From a virus (taxonomy: Duplodnaviria; Caudoviricetes): a DNA stretch of 64,000 nucleotides. Position 1 is the first letter of the stretch, and each line of letters starts with the position of its first letter. Positions 10,268 to 19,356 of the stretch are shown here, in pieces. The notes under the pieces are model-generated. The model was not told the DNA's origin and searched no databases. It saw only the letters and a program-made list of their open reading frames with translations. The DNA lies in IMG/VR virus record IMGVR_UViG_3300032285_003899, positions 1 to 64,000 of that record, one strand, 5' to 3'. The position numbers and the translations under genes were made by a program.

Positions 10268-11181
10268 AACTATTAGAATACGAAGAATTACAACGGATGG
10301 TCGATTATTCATTTGGCGATCATTCTGGAACTTTTGGCAAAGTTCCAAACGCATACATGAAAAAAGCAAATTCTGATAATAAAGAATTTACAGAATTTTG
10401 TAAAAACTTCATTGGCAAAAAAATGACTGTATTCATTGATAATATCAGACTTTATAATAGGCCGATAAATTTTTCAGATTGGGAAAACTTAAAACCAATC
10501 ACCCCAACAGATCGTAAAGTTTTAGATAATTACAAAGACGAAGATTTATTAAAACTATGTTCAGAATTCCCTGACATTACTTTTATTATTTTTACTGCTT
10601 TTGAAGATACTCCCATAGATGAACATATAGAAGGAAGAATACCTAATAATGTACAATCTATTAATGCCACAAATAGTGTATATTTGAATGAAAAGATTTT
10701 TCCGATGCCTCACGGTATTGAAAGAATTATGTATCCAGGATATTCTAATCATAGGATATTAAGACAATTTATTGAAGATAAAAGAGAAGCAAATAAATTA
10801 CTATATGTAAGTCATAGAGACGATACAGGAAGCAGAATAGGATTAAAAGAAATGCTAAGTAATTTTGCAACTGTTACTCAAAGAGTTAATTATCAAGAAT
10901 TTTTAACCAACATAAAAGAACACAAATTCGTTCTATGCCCAAGCGGAAACGGAATAGGTTCCGCTCGCAATTGGGAGACTTTATATCTAAAAAGAGTTCC
11001 AGTTCTTGAGTATCATAAATATAAAGAAGCCGTGTTTAAAGATTTTCCTGTGTTATTCGTAGACAATTATAAAAACCTAACAAAAGAAATTTTAGAACAA
11101 AATGTTCATCTATATGAAGAAGCTAAAAAAATAGATATGAATAAATTGGATCTAGATTTTATTTTTAAACAAAGAGTATGA
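10264..11181 (+). CDS. exostosin/GT47-like glycosyltransferase
   Basis: KFVLCPSGNG...RNWETLY..RVPV C-terminal motif. Confidence 0.65.
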   Translation: MKLLEYEELQRMVDYSFGDHSGTFGKVPNAYMKKANSDNKEFTEFCKNFIGKKMTVFIDNIRLYNRPINFSDWENLKPITPTDRKVLDNYKDEDLLKLCSEFPDITFIIFTAFEDTPIDEHIEGRIPNNVQSINATNSVYLNEKIFPMPHGIERIMYPGYSNHRILRQFIEDKREANKLLYVSHRDDTGSRIGLKEMLSNFATVTQRVNYQEFLTNIKEHKFVLCPSGNGIGSARNWETLYLKRVPVLEYHKYKEAVFKDFPVLFVDNYKNLTKEILEQNVHLYEEAKKIDMNKLDLDFIFKQRV

Positions 11182-11924
11182 CATACGATTGTTTTAGTTT
11201 CTTTAATGAATTAGACATTCTAGAAATTCGTTTAAATGTTTTAAATGAACATGTAGATTATTTTGTGATAGGAGAATCAAAACAAACTTTCAGCAACAAA
11301 GCGAAGCCATTACATTATTTAGAAAATAAATCAAAATTTGAAAAATGGAATCATAAAATAATCCATGTTGAACACCCCATACTTACAACATATAGAAATT
11401 CATTTGATATAGCTGCATTTCAAAAAAATAATTTAAAAAAAGGTCTTATTGATGCTAAAGATGAAGACGCAATTTATTTTGGAGATGTTGATGAAATATG
11501 GAAACCAAAAGAAATTGATAATAAAACCTATAATTTACAACAATTAAACTATTGTTATTATTTAAATAATAGATCTTCTGAACAGTGGGTTGGAACTATA
11601 GTTTCTAAATATAAAAATATAAAGAATAATAGTTTAAATTATTTAAGAGCTAATCATATTAACGAACTGCAAGATGGTGGATGGCACTTTACTAACATGG
11701 GCGGTTTAGATCAAATTTTAAAAAAACTAGACGCTTACGACCATCAAGAATTTAACAATCCATTTATCATAAATAATTTAAAAAACAGGATAGATAACAA
11801 TCAAGATTATGTTGGAAGACAAAGCGATTGGCGCGGTATTCCATTTTCTTTTAAAATCGACGAATCTGATTTGCCAAAATACCTTATAGAAAATAAAGAA
11901 AAATATAAACATTTATTTAAGTAA
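11178..11924 (+). CDS. GT17 family (beta-1,4-GlcNAc transferase-like)
   Basis: YDCFSFFNELDILEIRL, FVI.ES..TF, GDVDEI, GGWHF motifs. Confidence 0.85.
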   Translation: MTYDCFSFFNELDILEIRLNVLNEHVDYFVIGESKQTFSNKAKPLHYLENKSKFEKWNHKIIHVEHPILTTYRNSFDIAAFQKNNLKKGLIDAKDEDAIYFGDVDEIWKPKEIDNKTYNLQQLNYCYYLNNRSSEQWVGTIVSKYKNIKNNSLNYLRANHINELQDGGWHFTNMGGLDQILKKLDAYDHQEFNNPFIINNLKNRIDNNQDYVGRQSDWRGIPFSFKIDESDLPKYLIENKEKYKHLFK

Positions 11925-11930
11925 ATACAA

Positions 11931-12881
11931 ATGAAAATTTTCATAGCTGGTCATAAAGGAATGGTTGGTTCGTCTATTATTAAAAAATTAACGAACAATT
12001 CAGCAGTTGAAATTCATGTTGCTGAAAAAAATACATTAAATTTATTAGACCAAACTAAAGTCTTAAATTATTTTATTACAAATAAGTTTGATTTGGTTAT
12101 TGATTGCGCTGCCAAAGTAGGAGGAATTCATTCCAATAATAAATATAGAGCAGACTTTATTTACGAAAACCTTCAAATTCAAAATAACTTAATTCACTCT
12201 TCTTGCCTTACCGATGTAAAAAAGTTTTTATTTCTTGGCAGTTCTTGTATTTATCCAAAGTTCGCAGAACAACCTATTAAAGAAGAATATCTTTTAACTT
12301 CTCCACTAGAATATACAAACGAACCTTATGCTATAGCTAAAATAGCTGGGATTAAAATGTGTGAAAGTTATTATAAACAATATGGATGCAACTTCATTTC
12401 AGTAATGCCAACTAATTTATATGGTCCAAATGATAATTTTCATCCAATGAATTCTCATGTTTTACCTGGACTTTTACATAGATTTCATTTAGCCAAGATT
12501 AACGACGATCCATTTGTAGAAATCTGGGGTACTGGAAAAGCTAAAAGAGAATTTATGCACGTTGATGATATGGCGGATGCGTGTTTACACATAGTCAATA
12601 ACTTAGAAGCAAAAGATCTATATTCTCAAAACATTTCTCAAATAAATATCGGAAGCGGTTTTGAAACAAGCATATATGAACTAGCTGAAAAGATAGCAGT
12701 TACAGTTGGCTATGAAGGATCTATCAAATTTGATTTATCAAAGCCAGATGGAACAATGAGAAAATTATTAGATTGCACTAGACTTAAGAAGCTTGGCTAC
12801 ACAGCAAAAATAAAATTAGAAGATGGATTAAAAGATACTTATAATTGGTATTTAAATAATCAAGATAAGATAAAACTATGA
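11931..12881 (+). CDS. fcl: GDP-L-fucose synthase
   Basis: AGHKGMVGS, AAKVGGI, FLGSSCIYPK, YAIAKIAG, MPTNLYGPNDNF, KPDG..RK. Confidence 0.95.
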   Translation: MKIFIAGHKGMVGSSIIKKLTNNSAVEIHVAEKNTLNLLDQTKVLNYFITNKFDLVIDCAAKVGGIHSNNKYRADFIYENLQIQNNLIHSSCLTDVKKFLFLGSSCIYPKFAEQPIKEEYLLTSPLEYTNEPYAIAKIAGIKMCESYYKQYGCNFISVMPTNLYGPNDNFHPMNSHVLPGLLHRFHLAKINDDPFVEIWGTGKAKREFMHVDDMADACLHIVNNLEAKDLYSQNISQINIGSGFETSIYELAEKIAVTVGYEGSIKFDLSKPDGTMRKLLDCTRLKKLGYTAKIKLEDGLKDTYNWYLNNQDKIKL

Positions 12882-13933
12882 AAGTAATAGTAACTGGCAT
12901 ATTAGGTCAAGATGGCGCAAATATGGTTGAGTATCTTCTAAAAAATACTGAAGCTAAAATCTTTGGTATGATTCGGCGCACATCAAATCCTAATTTTGTA
13001 AATTGCCAAACTTTTATTAAAAACGAAAGATTTCAACTTGTTTATGGAGATCTTTCAGACAGCGTTAGTTTAGATAATCTTGTAAGAGATATTCAACCTG
13101 ATTATTTTATTAATTTTGCAGCGCAAAGTTTTGTTGGATGTAGTTGGGAAATTCCGCTTCAAACTTTTGATGCTAACGCCACTGGAGTAGCGCGATGCCT
13201 AGAAGCTATTCGTCGTTTTCAGCCAAAATGTCGTTTTTATTCCGCTGGATCTAGTGAAGAGTTTGGAGACGTACAGTATAGCCCACAAGATATCAACCAT
13301 CCTGTTAGACCGAGAAGCCCATACGGTGCGAGTAAAGCTGCTGCCCGTCACTTGGTTAAGGTTTATCGTGAGTCTTATAATTTATATGCCGTTCATAGCA
13401 TTCTTTTTAACCATGAAGGAACTAAACGTGGAGAAGAATTTGTAACTAGAAAAATCAGTAAAGGAGTTGCGCGTATTTATCATGCAATTAAAAACAATCA
13501 ACCATTCGCTCCGATTGAGCTTGGAAATTTAGATGCAAAAAGAGATTGGTCTGATTCTGAAGATTTTGTTGAAGGGGTTTGGAAAATAATGAACCAAAAA
13601 TCGCCTAAAGATTATGTTCTTTCCAGCAATGAAACTCACACAATTAGGGAGTTCATTAATAAATCTTTTCATTATGCAGGTATTCAAGGTGTTTGGCATG
13701 GGTATGGACAAGAAGAACAAATGAGTGTTTCTACTGAATATGCTATTAAAAATGAAGCTCAATCATCAGTTTTGATTAAAATTAATCCTAAATTTTATAG
13801 ACCTGCTGAAGTCGAACTGCTTTTGGGCGACTCAACTCCAGCCAGAGAAGAATTAGGTTGGAAACCGAAAATTTCCTTTGACAACCTCGTAGAACGTATG
13901 GTAAAGTATGACATAGATAATTTTAAAATCTAG
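12878..13933 (+). CDS. gmd: GDP-mannose 4,6-dehydratase
   Basis: TGILGQDG, AAQSFV, PRSPYGASK, LFNHE, FVTRKI, LGNLDAKRDW, FYRPAEV. Confidence 0.95.
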   Translation: MKVIVTGILGQDGANMVEYLLKNTEAKIFGMIRRTSNPNFVNCQTFIKNERFQLVYGDLSDSVSLDNLVRDIQPDYFINFAAQSFVGCSWEIPLQTFDANATGVARCLEAIRRFQPKCRFYSAGSSEEFGDVQYSPQDINHPVRPRSPYGASKAAARHLVKVYRESYNLYAVHSILFNHEGTKRGEEFVTRKISKGVARIYHAIKNNQPFAPIELGNLDAKRDWSDSEDFVEGVWKIMNQKSPKDYVLSSNETHTIREFINKSFHYAGIQGVWHGYGQEEQMSVSTEYAIKNEAQSSVLIKINPKFYRPAEVELLLGDSTPAREELGWKPKISFDNLVERMVKYDIDNFKI

Positions 13934-13951
13934 TGTATAATACTCTTTACC

Positions 13952-15934
13952 ATGAGCGATAATTTAAATATTCTTTCTCCATCATTTCTAGCGCAATATA
14001 AAAACAAACAACCTAACTGGGGTTTTAATGGTCTCGGATATATAGTATATAAGAGAACTTATGCTCGCCTTAAGGAAGATGGAACAACTGAAGAATGGAA
14101 CGAAACAGTAGAACGATGCATTAATGGCGCACAAAAGATTGGCGCACAATATACAAAAGAAGAAGCTGAACGTATTTATGATTATGTTTTTAATCTTAAA
14201 TGCAACTTTGCTGGCCGAATGCTTTGGCAGCTTGGCACTTCTACTGTAGATCGCTTTGGTGCAAACTCTCTTCTTAATTGTTGGGCTACAGCAATGCGTG
14301 AACCAAAGGCATTTCTTTTTCTTTTTGAAAATCTAATGCTTGGCGGCGGTGTTGGTTACAGTATTCGTCGCGAAGATGTACATGAACTTCCAAAGATCAA
14401 GAAGAGTGTAAGTGTTATTCATGAAGCAACTAAAGACGCTGATTATATTGTGCCAGATAAACGCGAAGGTTGGGTTAATCTACTTTCTAAGGTTCTGGAC
14501 GCTTTTTACGTCACAGGTAAATCGTTTTCGTACTCGACTATTCTCATCAGAGGTTACGGCGAGCCAATCAAGGGCTTTGGCGGAAAAGCTAGTGGCCCAC
14601 AAATCCTTATTGACGGAATCGATAAGATCACAAAGATCTTCCAAGCTCGCGAAGGCAAGAAACTTCGCTCAATTGATGTGTTGGATATCTGCAATATTAT
14701 TGGCAGCATTGTTGTCGCTGGTAATGTACGTCGTAGCGCAGAAATTGCACTAGGCGATCCAGACGACATTCTTTATCTTCGCGCCAAGAATTGGGGTTCT
14801 GGTAACGTTCCCAACTGGCGAGCCATGAGCAACAACACTATCTATGCAGATAGTTATGATCACGTTCTTGAAGAGATCTGGAAGAATGGTTATGAAATAA
14901 ACAAGGATTCTGGCTATGCAAATGGCGAGCCTTACGGTTTCTTTAATCTCCCACTTTCTCAAAAGTTTGGCCGTATTAAAGATGGACCCATCTCACAAAA
15001 TCTTCTATATCCAACTGATACAGATAATTGCGAAATGACCAATCCATGCGCTGAGATCAGTCTTTCAAATTATGAATGCTGCAATCTTTCAGAGCTATAC
15101 CTAAATAACATTACTTCGAAAGAGGAACTAATTGATTGTGCAAAACTTCTTTACAAGACTCAAAAAGCTATCGCTTCTCTTCCATTCATTCATGAAGAGA
15201 CTAATCGCATCGTTCATAAAAATATGCGTCTTGGTCTTGGTGTTACTGGTGTGTGCCAGTCTCTTGATAAGCTTGATTGGTTGGATGATTGCTATGTTGC
15301 TTTACGCAATTTCGACAAGTCTTGGAGCAAGCATCGTGGTTGGTCTGAAAGCATTAAGCTCACGACCATCAAGCCAAGTGGAACACTAAGCCTACTTGGT
15401 GGAGCTACTCCCGGTGTTCACCCAGCGTTTAGTCAATATTATATGCGTACAGTTCGTATGTCTAGTTCTGATGCTTTGGTTCAAACTTGCAAAGACATGG
15501 GATATCATGTCGAGTTCCTTGTAAACTTCGATGGAACAGAAAATCGCGATACTGTTGTTGTTTATTTCCCATGCAAGACTCCTGAAGGATCAATCCTCAC
15601 AAAGGATATGGATGTTATCAAGCAGCTTGATATGGTTAAGAAGCTTCAAACTATATGGTCAGATAATGCAGTTTCTGTAACTGCTTATTATAAGCCAGAA
15701 GAACTTGAGTCTCTCAAGGTTTGGTTGAAAGATAATTACGAACACAATATTAAGAGTGTTAGCTTCCTTCTATTTAAGGATCACGGTTTCAAGCAAGCCC
15801 CATATCAAGAAATCGACGAGACCACTTATCTAGCAGCAAATGCTAAAGTTAAGCCTCTAACCAATATCACAACCAATAGTTCTGAAATGCTAGACATGGC
15901 TGAATGTGCCGGTGGAGCTTGTCCAATTCGATAA
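13952..15934 (+). CDS. nrdJ: class II (B12-dependent, monomeric RTPR-type) ribonucleotide reductase
   Basis: YKRTYAR, GRMLWQLG, NC, GNVRRSA, TNPCAEI (thiyl Cys), TTIKPSGT, C-terminal CAGGACPIR. Confidence 0.93.
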   Translation: MSDNLNILSPSFLAQYKNKQPNWGFNGLGYIVYKRTYARLKEDGTTEEWNETVERCINGAQKIGAQYTKEEAERIYDYVFNLKCNFAGRMLWQLGTSTVDRFGANSLLNCWATAMREPKAFLFLFENLMLGGGVGYSIRREDVHELPKIKKSVSVIHEATKDADYIVPDKREGWVNLLSKVLDAFYVTGKSFSYSTILIRGYGEPIKGFGGKASGPQILIDGIDKITKIFQAREGKKLRSIDVLDICNIIGSIVVAGNVRRSAEIALGDPDDILYLRAKNWGSGNVPNWRAMSNNTIYADSYDHVLEEIWKNGYEINKDSGYANGEPYGFFNLPLSQKFGRIKDGPISQNLLYPTDTDNCEMTNPCAEISLSNYECCNLSELYLNNITSKEELIDCAKLLYKTQKAIASLPFIHEETNRIVHKNMRLGLGVTGVCQSLDKLDWLDDCYVALRNFDKSWSKHRGWSESIKLTTIKPSGTLSLLGGATPGVHPAFSQYYMRTVRMSSSDALVQTCKDMGYHVEFLVNFDGTENRDTVVVYFPCKTPEGSILTKDMDVIKQLDMVKKLQTIWSDNAVSVTAYYKPEELESLKVWLKDNYEHNIKSVSFLLFKDHGFKQAPYQEIDETTYLAANAKVKPLTNITTNSSEMLDMAECAGGACPIR

Positions 15935-15983
15935 AAGTTGAAAAACATTTTCTCAAATATAACATAAACTACATATACAAAAT

Positions 15984-16178
15984 ATGAGCAAGACTACAGC
16001 AAAGACTATGGTAAAGAACACCGCAAAGACTGCCACAAAGACTGCCACAAAGACTGCCGCAAAGGCCACCGCTAAGACATCAGCGAGGGTTGTTGCTTCT
16101 TCAGTGAAGGCTGAGAAGCCAAGCAAGCCAGTAGGTAAGCCAACTTCCCCAACTGGCCCAAAGACTAAGGGTAAGTAA
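15984..16178 (+). CDS. small Lys/Ala/Thr-rich histone-H1-like DNA-binding protein
   Basis: 64 aa with KTAT/KTAA repeats, many Lys, a single acidic residue; followed by a terminator. Confidence 0.6.
   Translation: MSKTTAKTMVKNTAKTATKTATKTAAKATAKTSARVVASSVKAEKPSKPVGKPTSPTGPKTKGK
16026..16061 (+). repeat. 12-bp tandem repeat AAGACTGCCACA x2 + AAGACTGCCGCA (encodes KTAT KTAT KTAA)
   Basis: Read directly from the sequence. Confidence 0.9.
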
Positions 16179-16197
16179 AAAAAATTATAACAACAAA

Positions 16198-16230
16198 AAA
16201 AGCCGCTGTAAAAAGCGGCTTTCATTTTTT
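16198..16230 (+). terminator. intrinsic terminator
   Basis: AAAAGCCGCT-GTAAAA-AGCGGCTTT hairpin followed by a T-rich tract. Confidence 0.75.
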
Positions 16231-16248
16231 CTAGATATGTATAATGCA

Positions 16249-16254
16249 GTGTAA
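16249..16254 (+). promoter_or_regulatory. GTGTAA motif (putative phage late promoter)
   Basis: 15 nt upstream of ATG 16264; recurs at the same spacing elsewhere. Confidence 0.6.
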
Positions 16255-16263
16255 TTCTTATAT

Positions 16264-16554
16264 ATGAAAATAGAGTTAGATTTTAGTGAACAAATCAAAG
16301 CTGCTCAACAAAAATTTGGCGGCAAAAAGCGTAGCAATTTAAAAGACAGTGACTTTCTTTTTCCTAAAGATCGCTCATTTCCAATTGTTTCTCCACAAGA
16401 TGTAAAAGACGCAATTAGCAATTTTGGAAGAATGAAATCAACCATGTCTTATGACACATTCATTAAAAAACTTTATAACTTTGCCAAAAAGAAAGGCAAA
16501 GCTTTTATTGACGCTATTCCAGAATCAACTAAAAAAGAACATAAATTAGCTTAA
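16264..16554 (+). CDS. basic hypothetical protein, probable head-associated
   Basis: ORF; N-terminus MKIELDFSEQIKAA shared with neighbours; KRS.LKDSDFLFP..RSFPI motif recalled from phage proteins. Confidence 0.6.
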   Translation: MKIELDFSEQIKAAQQKFGGKKRSNLKDSDFLFPKDRSFPIVSPQDVKDAISNFGRMKSTMSYDTFIKKLYNFAKKKGKAFIDAIPESTKKEHKLA

Positions 16555-17024
16555 TGAATATTACAGTCGATTTTTCACAATTAATTGCTAAAAAAAGACA
16601 AGGCCCAAAAAGCTCTGCTCAAACTCCAGCTAAACCAGAAGAGAAAAAGAAAGGTTCAAAAACAAATGAACCTGGATCTGCTGGTACTACCCCAGAAGCA
16701 AAAGAAAGAGCTAAAGAAGCTTTAAAGAGAGAAGACGAAAAACAACTTATTAGCAAAGCTGAAATAACATTCAGTGAAAAAGTCACAAACGCTTTAAAAG
16801 AAAAAGTAAAAAACCACAACGCTAAACATTCTAAAAAAGTAACATTAGGTCAATTGAAGAAAGTTTATAGAAGAGGTCTAGGAGCTTTTAGTTCTAGTCA
16901 TAGACCGGGACAATCAAGAGCAGCTTGGAGTATGGCGCGTGTTAACACATTTCTAAGAATGCAAAGTGGAGGCAAAGTAAAAGACGCTTACAGAAGAGCG
17001 GACCAAGACATAGCTTCAAAATAA
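16554..17024 (+). CDS. basic hypothetical protein (DUF5824-like), probable head-associated
   Basis: N-terminus MNITVDFSQLIA; LKKVYRRG.GAF.SSHRPG...W.MARVN.FL domain. Confidence 0.6.
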   Translation: MNITVDFSQLIAKKRQGPKSSAQTPAKPEEKKKGSKTNEPGSAGTTPEAKERAKEALKREDEKQLISKAEITFSEKVTNALKEKVKNHNAKHSKKVTLGQLKKVYRRGLGAFSSSHRPGQSRAAWSMARVNTFLRMQSGGKVKDAYRRADQDIASK

Positions 17025-17025
17025 C

Positions 17026-17166
17026 ATGAACGATAAAATAATAGATATATATCATTACGATGATTTCGATGAAGAAGAATTTACTGAAGCGTTTTCTGAT
17101 TTACAAAAATTCGGTGTAAATGAAGATGAACAGGATTTAAACTATATAGAAGATCTATTTAATTAA
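17026..17166 (+). CDS. small acidic protein, 46 aa (not in the ORF track)
   Basis: MNDKIIDIYHYDDFDEEEFTEAFSDLQKFGVNEDEQDLNYIEDLFN fills the gap exactly between its neighbours. Confidence 0.6.
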   Translation: MNDKIIDIYHYDDFDEEEFTEAFSDLQKFGVNEDEQDLNYIEDLFN

Positions 17167-17167
17167 A

Positions 17168-17533
17168 ATGAACATTATAACAAAACTATTAACATTTAGA
17201 GACCAAACCCAAATCCTTCACTGGCAAACAACTTCTTTCGCAGAGCATAAAGCTTTGGGAGAGTTGTATGAAAAGCTAGATGCAAACATCGATGAATTTG
17301 TCGAAACCTTTATGGGTAAGTATGGAAGAATCGTAGCTCAAAGCTCTTTTTCTGTAACCTTAGAAAATTACAAGAATCTAAGCCCAATGCAATTTATGGA
17401 TGTCATTTGTGTTTATCTAATTGACGAACTTCCAACAATGTTGGACGCTAAGAAAGATTCTGATCTATTGAACATCCGCGATGCAATTCTTGGTGATATT
17501 AATCAGACCAAGTATCTACTTACCCTAAAGTAA
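17168..17533 (+). CDS. ferritin/Dps-like protein (DUF5856-like)
   Basis: Q.LHWQTTSFAEHKAL..LY......D.FVE..MGKYGR, NIRD.I. Confidence 0.7.
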   Translation: MNIITKLLTFRDQTQILHWQTTSFAEHKALGELYEKLDANIDEFVETFMGKYGRIVAQSSFSVTLENYKNLSPMQFMDVICVYLIDELPTMLDAKKDSDLLNIRDAILGDINQTKYLLTLK

Positions 17534-17537
17534 TTAA

Positions 17538-18416
17538 ATGAATATCTCAGTTAACTTTACCAACGAAATCAGAGCTTCTAAGGACAAAAAAGCTCTAAAT
17601 AACCCATTTAGAACCCCTAAAGGACCAAAGAAGTTTTCTGTTTACGTTAAAAACGACAAGGGTAATGTCGTAAAAGTTAACTTTGGCGATCCAAATATGG
17701 AGATAAAGCGCGATGATCCTGCTAGACGCAAGAGTTTTCGCGCTCGCCATAAATGTGATACCAGCCCCGGTCCACGCTGGAAGGCCAAATATTGGTCTTG
17801 TAAGATGTGGGAATCAAAGAAATCTGTAACAGATTATACAACTAAAGGCTCTGTGGATGATGTCATTCATCAATGGGATGGCATCACCTTTTGGGAAGAA
17901 AGCGACTTGCTAAAACTAGCTCCACATTTAGCACAAGCAGAAGAAATTGTAGAAGAAATAGAAAATTCTGAAGATCTTAATGAAGATCTTAACGAAGAAG
18001 CTGTTGAAATGGCTATGGCCCAATTAGCTTATATTGCAGACAATTCAAAAGACTTGCTTGATAAACTTCGCGCAAATCCAAGCATGGCTGAAAAAATTGA
18101 ACCTTGGGTCCAAAGTAAAATCACAATCATGGAAGATTACTTATTTGCCGTTCATAACTATTTGATTTATTCTCAAGAAGCTGAAGCTCAATTGCAAAAA
18201 CCTTTAGAAATTCAACCTGAAATGAGAGTTTTGAACATAAATCCTTCTTGCAAACATTATAATAGCGAAGGTTATGTCAAAGAAGTCAAAGATCTTCCAG
18301 ACAACATGGGCAAAGTAGTTGTTTATGAAGTTACTAACAATGGAGCCAATTTCAAAAAAGGTGATATTTTAACAAAAACAATCGATCAAATTAAAATACT
18401 AGAAGGAAACAAATAA
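17538..18416 (+). CDS. hypothetical protein with basic N-terminal domain, probable head-associated
   Basis: MNISVNFTNEIRA N-terminus; KKF.VYVKN.KGNVVKV.FGDPNM..K.DDP.RRKSFRARH.C...YWSC domain recalled from large phages. Confidence 0.6.
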   Translation: MNISVNFTNEIRASKDKKALNNPFRTPKGPKKFSVYVKNDKGNVVKVNFGDPNMEIKRDDPARRKSFRARHKCDTSPGPRWKAKYWSCKMWESKKSVTDYTTKGSVDDVIHQWDGITFWEESDLLKLAPHLAQAEEIVEEIENSEDLNEDLNEEAVEMAMAQLAYIADNSKDLLDKLRANPSMAEKIEPWVQSKITIMEDYLFAVHNYLIYSQEAEAQLQKPLEIQPEMRVLNINPSCKHYNSEGYVKEVKDLPDNMGKVVVYEVTNNGANFKKGDILTKTIDQIKILEGNK

Positions 18417-18952
18417 TGAAATCAAATCTCAAATTCGACAATAAAAATTTCGTAGCTGAAGTTTCTCTTTCAAATCTAATCGAACCAGATGAACAAGAGG
18501 TTCACGATACATACATGAATGAATGTATGATTGATGACGCTGCCTTTGTAAATACTGGTGGTATGTCCACTGCCGATGCTAAATATATGTGCGGTATGTG
18601 GTACATGAGAAATCGTGGCGTAATGACCGAAGCTGAAGGAAAGTTGACTGAAAAGCAAAAGTCTTTGCCACCAGCACTACAAAAAGCCATTTTGAAGAGA
18701 CAACACAAGGCTGGCAAGTTAAATGAAGATGGCAAAAAAGAAGCTGAAAGCATGGGAGCTTGGGATGGAGAAATGAAGGCCGAACCAACAGCAGTATTTC
18801 CTCAAGAACCCGCTCCTCCCACAGGAGATATCACCCCAAAGTTGGCTGTCGAAGGTTTAAAAATTGATGAACAATTAGAAAAAGAATTGAAAAACAGTGA
18901 AATCAAAGATCCTAAACTTCAAAGCGCATACTTTGAAGTAACTGAAAAGTAA
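18416..18952 (+). CDS. hypothetical protein
   Basis: ORF coupled to the upstream gene; contains LT.KQK.LPPALQKAIL. Confidence 0.6.
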   Translation: MKSNLKFDNKNFVAEVSLSNLIEPDEQEVHDTYMNECMIDDAAFVNTGGMSTADAKYMCGMWYMRNRGVMTEAEGKLTEKQKSLPPALQKAILKRQHKAGKLNEDGKKEAESMGAWDGEMKAEPTAVFPQEPAPPTGDITPKLAVEGLKIDEQLEKELKNSEIKDPKLQSAYFEVTEK

Positions 18953-18968
18953 TTAAAATAAACAAATT

Positions 18969-18995
18969 AAACCGCTGGGAAACCAGCGGTTTTTT
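18969..18995 (+). terminator. intrinsic terminator
   Basis: AAACCGCTGG-GAAA-CCAGCGGTTT plus T tract. Confidence 0.85.
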
Positions 18996-18999
18996 GCTG

Positions 19000-19027
19000 T
19001 TGACATCTTGAGTTTATGTGGTATGCT
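19000..19027 (+). promoter_or_regulatory. sigma70-like promoter
   Basis: TTGACA-N16-TATGCT with TGn extension, 8 nt before ATG 19036. Confidence 0.7.
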
Positions 19028-19035
19028 CGCAACAG

Positions 19036-19356
19036 ATGAATAAAAGAGAGCTATTAAATAAGCTTTTGCATATTCCAAAAAAAGTTCATCCATCATTCTG
19101 GGGCAAACAATTCAGAATATTAAATTCTCTTCTCAAGAAGTTTCCTGATATGAAATTCTGGGAACAAATTGTTGTTGTTAGAGTTGATTGCCTTACTTTA
19201 TATGCTGGAGAGGATGCCAATGGAATAGCTGATAAATACAAAAAATATATTTTTCAACCTGAATTAAAGAATCTTGAAGTTAAGCTTGGCGAAAAAGCTG
19301 GACAAGACTATAATATTACAGTAAAACCTAAAACAATAAAAGACTTTCTAAAATGA
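19036..19356 (+). CDS. hypothetical protein
   Basis: ATG 19036 downstream of the promoter preferred over the listed GTG 19018. Confidence 0.6.
   Translation: MNKRELLNKLLHIPKKVHPSFWGKQFRILNSLLKKFPDMKFWEQIVVVRVDCLTLYAGEDANGIADKYKKYIFQPELKNLEVKLGEKAGQDYNITVKPKTIKDFLK

Noticed and set aside
2952-13933. GDP-colitose pathway (Gmd + ColD + ColC + GT11)
   Set aside because: The PLP enzyme has the Fe-S cysteine pattern and length of E1/RfbH; ColD lacks that cluster. Fucose is the simpler reading of gmd + fcl + GT11.
1-13933. Window being a bacterial O-antigen locus or chromosome
   Set aside because: No wzx/wzy/wzz; direct continuity into phage-type genes (rIIA/rIIB, head-associated block, split DnaE, homing endonucleases); uniform strand and gene packing.
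13933-13941. GTGTATAAT before nrdJ as a member of the GTGTAA class
   Set aside because: It lies 19 nt from the ATG and contains a canonical TATAAT, so it is more likely an ordinary -10 element; the class is ambiguous.
16014-16073. Tandem repeat as a possible CRISPR or mini-array
   Set aside because: 12-bp units without spacers, in frame within a coding gene. No CRISPR array was seen anywhere in the window.
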